Assembly (NCBI GenBank): GCA_051532055.1
Contig: JAOPTX010000115.1
Coordinates: 6,064 to 21,713, forward strand
Reading direction: 5' to 3'
DNA length: 15,650 nucleotides
Source of the DNA: Fibrobacterales bacterium
GTDB lineage: Bacteria > Fibrobacterota > Fibrobacteria > Fibrobacterales > JAOPTW01
Part shown: piece by piece, positions 7,832 through 15,650 of the stretch
How the letters are laid out: each line of letters begins with the position of its first letter
How positions within the stretch are numbered: position 1 is the first letter of the stretch
Notes under the pieces: model-generated
Told to the model about the DNA's origin: nothing
Databases searched by the model: none
The model's input: the letters and a program-made list of their open reading frames with translations, nothing else
Position numbers and translations under genes: made by a program

Positions 7832-7903
7832 CCTCAACAGCCGAAGCACGCAAGCTTTTCTATAAAGATGAAAAAGCCTGCGTACGTTCGCCAAACGTTG
7901 CCA
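7832..7903 (+). mobile_element. attC-like site B
   Basis: CCTCAAC-AGC-CGAAGCACGCAAGCTTTT...AAAAGCCTGCGTACGTTCG-CCAAAC-GTTGCCA; imperfect hairpin with one extra base; 42 bp after the stop codon. Confidence 0.8.
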
Positions 7904-8142
7904 GAAATATTTCTAGCTTTACTTTAAGAGGGTAATGCGTTGAGCGAAGGTTGACTAGCAGTTGCTTTAGAACTCAGATGAATGTATCCTAGCAGGGAAA
8001 AGAGATAATCACCTTGACATTTAAGCTTAAAACCGCTACTTATGACTATAAATATATCTTGGCAGCCGATTTTTAAACTTTGAATTAAATCTATTAAGAA
8101 AATTATAAATCATAAAAAATATGATCGTGGTATGAGGTAAAT

Positions 8143-8850
8143 ATGAATGATATTTTAACTGTAGTAAGAGAGTTGTTTTTAGCTTGGAAAAATGGAGGAA
8201 CTAAGATACGTGTAGCTTTGATTGTTGCATTTGTTTTTTTATTCATAGCATTACTAAGTAATTTGGCTTCAGATATAGTTGTTGACTATAGATTAGCAAA
8301 TGCTGTTTCAATGATATTTCTCATCTTTGGAGGTGTTATTGGTATTCTTATTTATTTTATTCAAAAAGCCAAAGAAGAAGATAAGAATGAGGAAAGAGTT
8401 GAACAAGCTGAATTGCGTGTTCAGAATAATCCAAAAGAAACCCAAGCGGCATGGGATCTTGCTAGGATTAAATTGGAATCATATCTCAATAGAAACTTGA
8501 GTCAAGTCCGATCAATTTTTTGGTTAACATTATTGGTTATGTTGATTGGTTTTGGTTTTATTGGCGTAGGGGTTACTAAGGCTTTTGAAAATTCTGAAAA
8601 CTTCCAACCTGCACTTTTGTCAGCTGTCACAGGTGTGTTAATTAATTTTATAGGTGCAACATTTCTTGTTTTATATAAATCTACAATGAGTCAAGCAAAA
8701 GACTATGTTGCAATTTTGGAACGTATAAATGCAGTTGGTATGTCTGTACAAATTTTAGACAAACTAGAAGATGCAGATAGCGATTTAATACATTCGACTA
8801 CTGCAGACATTGCTAAGTCGTTGCTCGATTTATACAAGACAACAAAATAA
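8143..8850 (+). CDS. Membrane protein with a TRADD-N-associated 2TM-type domain (4 TM in total)
   Basis: GAGG SD. YLNRNLSQVRSIFW...G.LINFIGATFLVLY..T..QA..Y...LER matches the family pattern as I recall it. Confidence 0.75.
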   Translation: MNDILTVVRELFLAWKNGGTKIRVALIVAFVFLFIALLSNLASDIVVDYRLANAVSMIFLIFGGVIGILIYFIQKAKEEDKNEERVEQAELRVQNNPKETQAAWDLARIKLESYLNRNLSQVRSIFWLTLLVMLIGFGFIGVGVTKAFENSENFQPALLSAVTGVLINFIGATFLVLYKSTMSQAKDYVAILERINAVGMSVQILDKLEDADSDLIHSTTADIAKSLLDLYKTTK

Positions 8851-8984
8851 AGTCTTTTCCAAAACATTAATGGAACAGAATGATTCTTCAAGAATAAGAA
8901 TCGACTTTCTAACAAACCTTCATTACAAGACTGCAATGGAGTTGTATTACATTCGAAAGGGAATAAAGTAAAGAATTGATATTA

Positions 8985-9257
8985 TTACTTTAAAATCTCT
9001 TTTGTTTCCTTACCAGTGTCAATTGCAGCAATGTATTCTGTTCTTTCCCAAATCAGTATAAGTTCTTTTTTGCTAATGCCTTTAACTTTAATTATTTCAT
9101 TTTCTTTTGTTGTAATCAAAATATTGCGTATGTTCCGTGAATTGAGAAAAGCAACAATGACAGTAGCTAATGGAGGCCAGAATGAAGCATTTAATACCAA
9201 ATCAATTACTTCGGAGGAATTCCTAGGTACATTGATAGGTGGAGTACGCTTTGGACC
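8985..9257 (-). pseudogene. 5'-disrupted small membrane-associated protein, EACC1-like
   Basis: Frame open from 9257 (KRTPPINVPRNSSEVIDLVLNASFWPPLATVIVAFLNSRNIRNILITTKENEIIKVKGISKKEL); TGA at 9260-9258 and no good start. Confidence 0.45.
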
Positions 9258-9397
9258 TCACCCGATATAGTGGTCAATTAAGCAGCAAATTTTCTCATCA
9301 CAGCGTCCGCCTTAGCTGTATCAACCGGGCCACCTCATTACACAAACAGATTGGCTTGTCTCAATATACCGCTATTCTTATGTGTTCTGTGAAATTG

Positions 9398-11566
9398 CTA
9401 TTTATTAATATTCAGCAGAGCACTTCTTTTTTCAACGGGTGAATGCATGGTGACAACATATAAACCAGGCGTTACAGTACCAGGAATTTGTATAGTCTGA
9501 TGGCTTTTTTGAGCCTTAAGTTGATGATGATAGAGTAATTGTCCGTCGAGTGTAAAGAGTTGAATCTTGTATGGAATCGTTATGTTAGAAATGCGTATTG
9601 TGCGATTTATAGCTGTAAAGGTTAAAGAACTTTCGGATTCCATTACTCTCAGTGGAGTTGGGTGTTTGTTGACTGAATCAGTTGGGGAACTCTCAGGAGG
9701 TTCTTCATAAGGTCCCCAATAATGTTCTACTCGAGCAATATCAGTGCTTCCTTCAAATGTATACCACACAGCACTATCATCGAGTTGAAATGTTCTACTT
9801 ATTGTTTTTCCTTCGAAGGGTATTGTTTTATCGATTGTAGTAAAACCCCAAGGGGCGCCGGCTCCGGGATTAATATGCGCAGTTCTGTATGTTGAGTCAG
9901 AAAATATTCTTAGCATACCGTTGGTGTACTCAACTATTTCTCTAGGATTAAATGTAAAGTTCATTGTCTCCCTATCCTTATTAAATGAAGTTCCTTCAAA
10001 TGCTTTGATAAAATACTTGCCGCGTTTCCCGTGCCTACAAGTAAACCATAACGTTTGATCGCTCGTTTGTGTAATGGCCAACACTTCTTTGGTTTCTAGA
10101 TGGTGCGTCCATGTGCTGCCGTTGAACATCGATACTCCACTTTCATAGTCTGTATTGGCAAATTTCAGTTGACCAGTGTAGTCGATCCAAATATTTCCAT
10201 CATCAAAATCATAGAGCCAATTGATTGTACCTACCATTTCTTCAATGGTCTCAGTATGGGTACTCCAGAATTGCCCATCAAATCGTTTTAATATTCGTTG
10301 ACCTCTATTAAATACCCAATATTCACCAGACTGTGTTCTGTGTACCATTAATGTGCCATCGGGCATGGTCGGAATTTGAGTAATAAACTGTAGATCTGTT
10401 CCGGTGTATAAAAAGATTGAATCTTTTGCTCGAAAATAGTTCCCATCATTGTTAGTCATTAATACTTCATTGATAGATCTATTGTAAATAGTATCCCACG
10501 TTATTCCGTTAAACTTTAATATGCCATAGTCTCCAGTTTTTATTGTATTCTTTGAATAAAGGGCCGAAAGTCTATTTTCATGAGCAACCTTTTCAAATAT
10601 GGTGCCGTTAAACTTGTATACAGTGCCGTTTAGTAGTGCAGTTAATTCACCAGCATTATTTTTATTAAGAGTCACTTCTGACGCAGAAATACCACTTTTG
10701 TGTAGGTTAAAAGAGGACCATGTGACCCCATCAAATAGAGATATAGCTGCGCAAGTATCAGTGGTATTATAATAACTATACCAAAGGCTATCACCACCAC
10801 CATCAACCAGCATTGAGAGTTTAAGGTTTGTAGGGATTACCAACTCGGGATGTGATTCAGACGAAAACACCTGATAATCATTTTCACTCTTCTCAGGGGC
10901 AAATCGAATTAAGCTGTTATGATCATATGGATCTTTAAACCAGAGTGAACCATTTTTCTGCTCAAAGGGACATTTATAATCTGAAAAGGGCAAATAATAT
11001 TTATACCAAGTACTCCCATCAAAACGTGAATACCCATTTGCCGTAGAGTCACTGTTATTTTTAAAATGAAACCAGATGTCCTGAGTGGGTGGTTGATGAC
11101 TATTTGTCTGGCAATGAGTATTCCTCAAAAAACCGGGATTAATCATGGCATCACTATACATGGTGATGGTAGCTCTGTCAGCATAGAATAGTGACCGATT
11201 TATTTGTAAATACAACTGAACTTGAGCGAGTACAATGTCATTGTTGGTCGCAGTTATCGTAATGGTATCTACTCTTGAATTCGGGTACTCGATAATATCT
11301 GCAGTTACCGACAATCTTACGGTATCGGAGCTGTTCGGTGTTATATACTTCTGGGTCAGGCTTCCGCGATTAGTCGCTAAAGTAACATCACTTGAAAACT
11401 GTTTCCAGTCTATTGTAAATCCAAATTCAGCAGGGTCAGGTTTTTCTGTATCCAAATTAAAAATTATTGTATCAACAGCATTAATAGGTATTAAAGAAAT
11501 GAATTCTTGTGCTGTCACCCCAATAGATAATAGCATTAATAGAAGTAATAAATTGACGTTCTGCAT
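9398..11566 (-). CDS. Secreted beta-propeller (two-component-regulator-propeller-like) protein with T9SS-like C-terminal domain, 722 aa
   Basis: Signal peptide MQNVNLLLLLMLLSIGVTA-Q; repeated FDGSTW/FDGVTW/FNGITW/FDGQFW/FNGSTW; Pro/Ser linker; IQLFTLDGQLL...PGLYVV end; AAGGA upstream of ATG 11566. Confidence 0.85.
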   Translation of the reverse strand: MQNVNLLLLLMLLSIGVTAQEFISLIPINAVDTIIFNLDTEKPDPAEFGFTIDWKQFSSDVTLATNRGSLTQKYITPNSSDTVRLSVTADIIEYPNSRVDTITITATNNDIVLAQVQLYLQINRSLFYADRATITMYSDAMINPGFLRNTHCQTNSHQPPTQDIWFHFKNNSDSTANGYSRFDGSTWYKYYLPFSDYKCPFEQKNGSLWFKDPYDHNSLIRFAPEKSENDYQVFSSESHPELVIPTNLKLSMLVDGGGDSLWYSYYNTTDTCAAISLFDGVTWSSFNLHKSGISASEVTLNKNNAGELTALLNGTVYKFNGTIFEKVAHENRLSALYSKNTIKTGDYGILKFNGITWDTIYNRSINEVLMTNNDGNYFRAKDSIFLYTGTDLQFITQIPTMPDGTLMVHRTQSGEYWVFNRGQRILKRFDGQFWSTHTETIEEMVGTINWLYDFDDGNIWIDYTGQLKFANTDYESGVSMFNGSTWTHHLETKEVLAITQTSDQTLWFTCRHGKRGKYFIKAFEGTSFNKDRETMNFTFNPREIVEYTNGMLRIFSDSTYRTAHINPGAGAPWGFTTIDKTIPFEGKTISRTFQLDDSAVWYTFEGSTDIARVEHYWGPYEEPPESSPTDSVNKHPTPLRVMESESSLTFTAINRTIRISNITIPYKIQLFTLDGQLLYHHQLKAQKSHQTIQIPGTVTPGLYVVTMHSPVEKRSALLNINK

Positions 11567-11718
11567 GGTAGTGATTGTCCTTTTAAATGCTCTATCCAAA
11601 AGTAGGCAATAAAAATATGTTTACAGATATATTTTGAAATATAGGTGTTGTGGTGTTCACTAGTTGTGAACGCGGTGCTTTGGGCGGCCCCTTGTCCCAT
11701 GCCAAAACGCCCCCTTGA

Positions 11719-11776
11719 TCATCTAAAAGTATATATCAGCGCCTCAGAGCGTACCATCGGCTACTAAAATGTAACC
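11719..11776 (+). repeat. 58-bp direct repeat copy 1
   Basis: 51/58 identical to 13363-13420. Confidence 0.9.
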
Positions 11777-11894
11777 GTAAGACCAACCGCTGCTTCTCCC
11801 GTTAACGATCGTGGGCAATTACAGGTGATTGATGGATATCTCCATGATGAGCACGGTAATTCGGTACAGCTCCAAGGGGCGAGTCTTTTTTGGA
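11775..11894 (+). pseudogene. GH5 gene fragment (N-terminal part of the mature catalytic domain)
   Basis: 108/120 identical to 13770-13889; encodes VRPTAASPVNDRGQLQVIDGYLHDEHGNSVQLQGASLFW. Confidence 0.92.
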
Positions 11895-12116
11895 GCTACA
11901 AAATGGTCCAACTATGTAAAGGGTTAGGGGCAATTGTCCATAATTTACTGTTTACCATCAGCGAACAGTTATTTATACAAATACCAATACAAATAGTATC
12001 AACTATTGCTCTTTAATACCTTTAATAATCTGCTTGATAAACTTCGTGCAGTTAAAATATGCCATACATATTAGTAACACCTTAAAAATCAATTATTAAC
12101 TATTAAAAGGAATACT

Positions 12117-13289
12117 ATGAAACTATTTAAAATTGAAATAATATGTATGGCAATGGGTCTTGCATTTATAGGATGCGACCAAGTGGAGAATCCAGCTATT
12201 ACCGAAGAAGCATCTTCTATTAATGGCTCTATTTTACATTGTGAACCAATTAAGTATGAAGTGGCTGGCAAAGAAATTATACGGCCAATTAAACATGATC
12301 TATCTAAGATAAATAATAAACTTAATAAAATGCCTAAGCTACAGTCAGCACTAGGATTGGATCGTATAACAACGTGCAAAGAGGTATCTACGTATCGTGA
12401 ATTATACCCAATGTATTTAGAAGATGATGGTGTTAAAAAAGTAAGACCTGAAGGGGTACTAACTTTGGAACCTGAACCCCAAAATATTCCAATTGCTGCA
12501 AAGCAATCGAGTGATATATCCCTAAGAGGGGGGCATTCAAACTATTATAATCCAGGTACTGTACTTATTGAAATGGATTATGGAGGTGGTATGATAAATG
12601 CTTGTACGGGTAGTATGATAAACTCATATTCTATAATGACAGCAGCCCATTGTCTTGAGGACGAAGAAGGAACTCCATTCAAAGTATCTTATTTTGATCC
12701 TGATACAGATACAAAAAGGGTGGTTAAAAATTATACTACAATGGATCTCTTCATACCCGCTGCATATGACGGGGACGGTGATTGGGAGAACGATATTGGC
12801 ATTATGACCCTTAAAAACCGTAATGACAAATGGGACAACACTAGTTCTGGTGATTACGTGAGATTTTATAATGATAACCTCTCTGAATTGAATGGGATGA
12901 CTGCTCTTAACTTTGGGGCTGGTTATTATGATAGAAGTGTAGGTGATTTAGATGGTGAATTACGATATATGTACGTTACATTAAAAAATTATTCTGAACA
13001 CTATTTGTATTTTTATGCTCCTACAGGTGAATATAATTCCGGGCAAAACTGTATGAGGGACTCAGGTGGCCCTATTATACCAAGTGAAAGAGATTTGGGA
13101 CGGTGGAATGTTGTAGCGGGCGTACTTGCAGGAGCTGATGCATATGCGGATGGTAAATGCCTCCTGGTAGGGCAAAATACAAAGGTAACTTCACCTGCTT
13201 CACATGTAGGATTTATTGAGGAATCAATTGGTAAAACGTGTCGGGAGTGGCCGACTTCTAAGGGCCTTTGGTATAAGCGCTGCTGGTAA
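12117..13289 (+). CDS. Trypsin-like (S1) serine protease lipoprotein with pro-region
   Basis: AAGGA SD; lipobox FIG-C20; triad motifs TAAHC, DIGIM, RDSGGP. Confidence 0.92.
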   Translation: MKLFKIEIICMAMGLAFIGCDQVENPAITEEASSINGSILHCEPIKYEVAGKEIIRPIKHDLSKINNKLNKMPKLQSALGLDRITTCKEVSTYRELYPMYLEDDGVKKVRPEGVLTLEPEPQNIPIAAKQSSDISLRGGHSNYYNPGTVLIEMDYGGGMINACTGSMINSYSIMTAAHCLEDEEGTPFKVSYFDPDTDTKRVVKNYTTMDLFIPAAYDGDGDWENDIGIMTLKNRNDKWDNTSSGDYVRFYNDNLSELNGMTALNFGAGYYDRSVGDLDGELRYMYVTLKNYSEHYLYFYAPTGEYNSGQNCMRDSGGPIIPSERDLGRWNVVAGVLAGADAYADGKCLLVGQNTKVTSPASHVGFIEESIGKTCREWPTSKGLWYKRCW

Positions 13290-13292
13290 TGG

Positions 13293-13353
13293 TACTGAAT
13301 AATTGTACTGAATAATTATACTGAAAGCAGTGTGTAAGGCGCTGCTTTCAGTA
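13293..13353 (+). terminator. Stem-loop after the protease, preceded by a 13-bp-period tandem repeat
   Basis: TACTGAATAATT x2, then TACTGAAAGCAGTG-N7-CGCTGCTTTCAGTA (14-bp stem, one G-U); weak U tract. Confidence 0.65.
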
Positions 13354-13362
13354 AATACTTAC

Positions 13363-13420
13363 TCATCCAAAAGTATAGGTCAGCGCCATAGAGCCTACCA
13401 TCGGCTACTGAAATGTAACC
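13363..13420 (+). repeat. 58-bp direct repeat copy 2
   Basis: 51/58 identical to 11719-11776. Confidence 0.9.
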
Positions 13421-13714
13421 CCCATAACCCCAAACTCTTCTGAAAAATCTATAACGATTGGTTGTTGATCAGGCTGCATAATGACTCCCAATAAACTCAA
13501 ACGAGTTACCCTATACCCTTATAGTATCATGAGAAAAAGCTACCACCAAACAAATAACAAACACCACAAAACCATCGATTACAGCCTAAAACAGCTGATT
13601 CCACCACCATATGTCACCACAGGTCAACATTTGATCCCCTAAAGCCCATTGATTGTAATCTCCCTGCCACAATATAACATAGTTTATATAAGGGGAAATA
13701 ATGGGGGATCACAC

Positions 13715-15250
13715 ATGCATCGTATTCACACCGGTATACTTTTATTCGCTGTAATAGTACTTATACTATCCGTAAGACCGACTGCTGCTACTCCGGTTAA
13801 CGATCATGGGCAATTGCAGGTGATTGATGGATATCTCCATGATGAGCACGGTAATTCGGTACAGCTTAAAGGAGTAAGCCTTTTTTGGAATCAATGGTCG
13901 GGGAAGTACTGGAATGCTGAGCTCGTAGATTGGCTCGCTACAGAATGGCGTATTGATGTACTACGGGTACCTGTTGGCGCAGGGGATGGTGACGGAACCT
14001 ATTATTTTGATTTTGAAGAAGATGTTCCTCAGGCAGAGTTGGTTATTCAAGCCGCAATTAATGCAGGGATCTATGTGATGATTGATTGGCATGGACATCA
14101 CGCAACCGATCATGGTGATGATGCGTGGGCATTTTTCAGTTACTTTTCAGAAAAGTATGGAGACTACCCCAATATTATCTATGAAGTCTTTAATGAGCCT
14201 CTTGATCATTCATGGGGAGAGATAAAAAATTATACTGAAGGGCAGCTGGTTGCTATTCGTGCAAATGATCCCAATAATGTGGTTATTGCAGGGACTGGGT
14301 TTTATGATACCGAGCCTCATGAAGTGGTCGATCAAGATGCATGGGTGACCTATGATTATAAGGTAGACCCTAATGTAATGTATTCAATACACGTGTATGC
14401 CGGTAACAATATGCCTGATGATTCTGACCCTGCTTTTAGAAATTTTAATCATGCTATAAGTAATGGGCTCCCGGTTTTTATGACTGAATTTGGGGTGGAT
14501 AATCCTATTGTCTATCCTAATACTCCCGATTTACATCATGCAAATATGTGGGTCGATTGGATGAACCATCATCGAATCAGTTATGCGAGTTGGAGTATCA
14601 AAGATATTGATGATGCCAATAGAACGTCCAATTTCGTAATGCCCCATGCCTCTGAATTTGGTGGGTGGACAGATGATGACCTTTCGGTATCGGGAAAATG
14701 GGTCCGTGATCTAATGCTCAGCTCTCATCCTGACCCCTATGACCCTACAGGGAGACCAAATATCGATTGGGATGGTGATGGCGTTGGTGATGGTATTGGT
14801 GACGGCATTGGTGATGAGATTGTTGATACTCCTGCCCAATCAAGTGGAGCAGTGGTTGAACTCTCGTCTATGGAGGTGGATGAATCCTCTTCTGAAAAGG
14901 ATGGTAGTGAGAGCTCTTCTTCGAGTGATGCTATAGAACTGCCTGAATCTTCTTCGAGTGAGAGTGTAGTAATGCCGCCAACTTCTTCGGAGAGTATGAG
15001 TTCAGAAGAGAGCATTGCCCCATTAAACGAGGGATTGCAGGTGAGACCTACTCTTCACTCAGTGCCTTTTATTTATAGAGAGGGTACGGCGAATGTCGTT
15101 ACGCTTAATCCAGAGACACTGAAGTATAGCATTGTTTCTCCCGATGGTACCGTCTGGCAGTCTGGAGTGAATGCAGGGTCTGAAGCTGAGGGGGGAGTGG
15201 TACCGGTGCAGTCACTTCCTACTGGGTTGTATCTACTGATTCAAGAGTAA
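13715..15250 (+). CDS. Glycoside hydrolase family 5 (GH5_2-like endoglucanase) with Ser/Glu-rich linker and T9SS-like C-terminal domain, 511 aa
   Basis: GGGGGA SD before ATG 13715; signal peptide; GVSLFW, MIDWH, YEVFNEP (acid/base), FMTEFG (nucleophile), SYASWS; SSSE linker; LPTGLYLL end. Confidence 0.95.
   Translation: MHRIHTGILLFAVIVLILSVRPTAATPVNDHGQLQVIDGYLHDEHGNSVQLKGVSLFWNQWSGKYWNAELVDWLATEWRIDVLRVPVGAGDGDGTYYFDFEEDVPQAELVIQAAINAGIYVMIDWHGHHATDHGDDAWAFFSYFSEKYGDYPNIIYEVFNEPLDHSWGEIKNYTEGQLVAIRANDPNNVVIAGTGFYDTEPHEVVDQDAWVTYDYKVDPNVMYSIHVYAGNNMPDDSDPAFRNFNHAISNGLPVFMTEFGVDNPIVYPNTPDLHHANMWVDWMNHHRISYASWSIKDIDDANRTSNFVMPHASEFGGWTDDDLSVSGKWVRDLMLSSHPDPYDPTGRPNIDWDGDGVGDGIGDGIGDEIVDTPAQSSGAVVELSSMEVDESSSEKDGSESSSSSDAIELPESSSSESVVMPPTSSESMSSEESIAPLNEGLQVRPTLHSVPFIYREGTANVVTLNPETLKYSIVSPDGTVWQSGVNAGSEAEGGVVPVQSLPTGLYLLIQE
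14774..14821 (+). repeat. 4 x 12-bp coding tandem repeat (GDGV/GDGI/GDGI/GDEI)
   Basis: GGTGATGGCGTT GGTGATGGTATT GGTGACGGCATT GGTGATGAGATT. Confidence 0.85.
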
Positions 15251-15608
15251 GTGGGGAGCTGAACAGAGGAAATAATCCTTTTTTTAATACAAGCCTTGAC
15301 CTTAGTTTTGCCGTCCAGGGCTATACTCTCCAGAAGTGGTAATTATTATTGCAGCGAGTAGTAAACGTACTGTAAGTATAGTTAATGTAATTATGACAAA
15401 TAGATGCAATCTATTATGCTTTTACTGAATCTGAACATATATTAAAACTACAGACTCATGAAGGGCACAAGTGAGAAAGGCACACATTCTCAATTCTGTC
15501 TTTAGTATTTTATAACATAATAATTTAAAATGGCAGTCTACTGCGTATGAGTTTTCAGTCAGTGACAGATATACGGATTGAAAGGTACTCTTTGCATTAA
15601 GGAAAATT

Positions 15609-15650
15609 ATGATTCGTACCATAGTAAAAAAACTTCCCGGTATCGCGCTT
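15609..15650 (+). CDS. 5' end of a gene running off the window (signal-peptide-like start)
   Basis: AAGGA SD then ATG; MIRTIVKKLPGIAL open to the window end. Confidence 0.55.
   Translation, partial: MIRTIVKKLPGIAL

Larger units (their letters stand above)
5168..7897 (+). mobile_element. Gene cassette carrying the KAP NTPase
   Basis: Starts G/TTGAGGCTAATTTCAAAGGGC (5167-5188); GCCCTTTGAAACTAGCCTCAAC (7817-7838, 21/22 complementary) runs directly into attC-like site B. Confidence 0.8.

Noticed and set aside
8905..8960. Degenerate third attC closing the 8143-8850 cassette
   Set aside because: Only partial complementarity (TTTCTAACAA versus expected TTTCTGGCAA) and no terminal GTT
11655..11671. 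GTTCAC-N5-GTGAAC palindrome upstream of the propeller gene
   Set aside because: A single 6-bp palindrome with no second copy; insufficient to call an operator
11825..12016. 63-aa ORF as a real gene
   Set aside because: It is the GH5 fragment reading on into unrelated intergenic DNA
3960..15015. Antisense or alternative-frame ORFs inside larger genes (e.g. 3960-4250, 5374-5583, 6658-6855, 11235-11612, 12089-12379, 14737-15015)
   Set aside because: Shadow ORFs of well-supported CDSs
15300..15600. 66-aa minus ORF, a possible decayed plus-strand frame, and TGCCGTCCwGGG shared with 4795-4806
   Set aside because: No recognisable protein motif, and the short match alone is not significant
1..15650. 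Integrase, transposase, reverse transcriptase, CRISPR array, tRNA or rRNA
   Set aside because: No catalytic motifs, regularly spaced repeats or cloverleafs were found; any recombinase must lie outside the window

Overview
Bacterial accessory region, probably from a Fibrobacterota/FCB-group organism. This is inferred from the Ser/Glu-rich linker and T9SS-like C-terminal domains on the secreted proteins. Left (1-3050): an intact SoFic-type Fic gene with two matching palindromic operators, surrounded by gene remnants (PLD, possibly RhuM and a beta-barrel) and REP/MITE-like hairpins. Middle (about 3085-8900): an AT-rich, integrase-less, integron-like cassette array. Two homologous non-canonical attC-like hairpins follow (i) an uncharacterised soluble + 4TM gene pair and (ii) a membrane KAP NTPase split by an in-frame TAA. 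A TRADD-N-associated-type membrane protein comes next. The first two cargo blocks are each preceded by a copy of a non-coding module containing a 70-bp terminator repeat and an attI-like TTRCTGAC-N7-G site. This alternating architecture, with defence-like cargo, is the most interesting signal. Right (9400-15650): a secreted beta-propeller protein, a trypsin-like lipoprotein flanked by a partial diverged duplicate of the GH5 locus, an intact GH5 cellulase and the start of another gene. All family calls are by motif recognition from memory; no searches were run.
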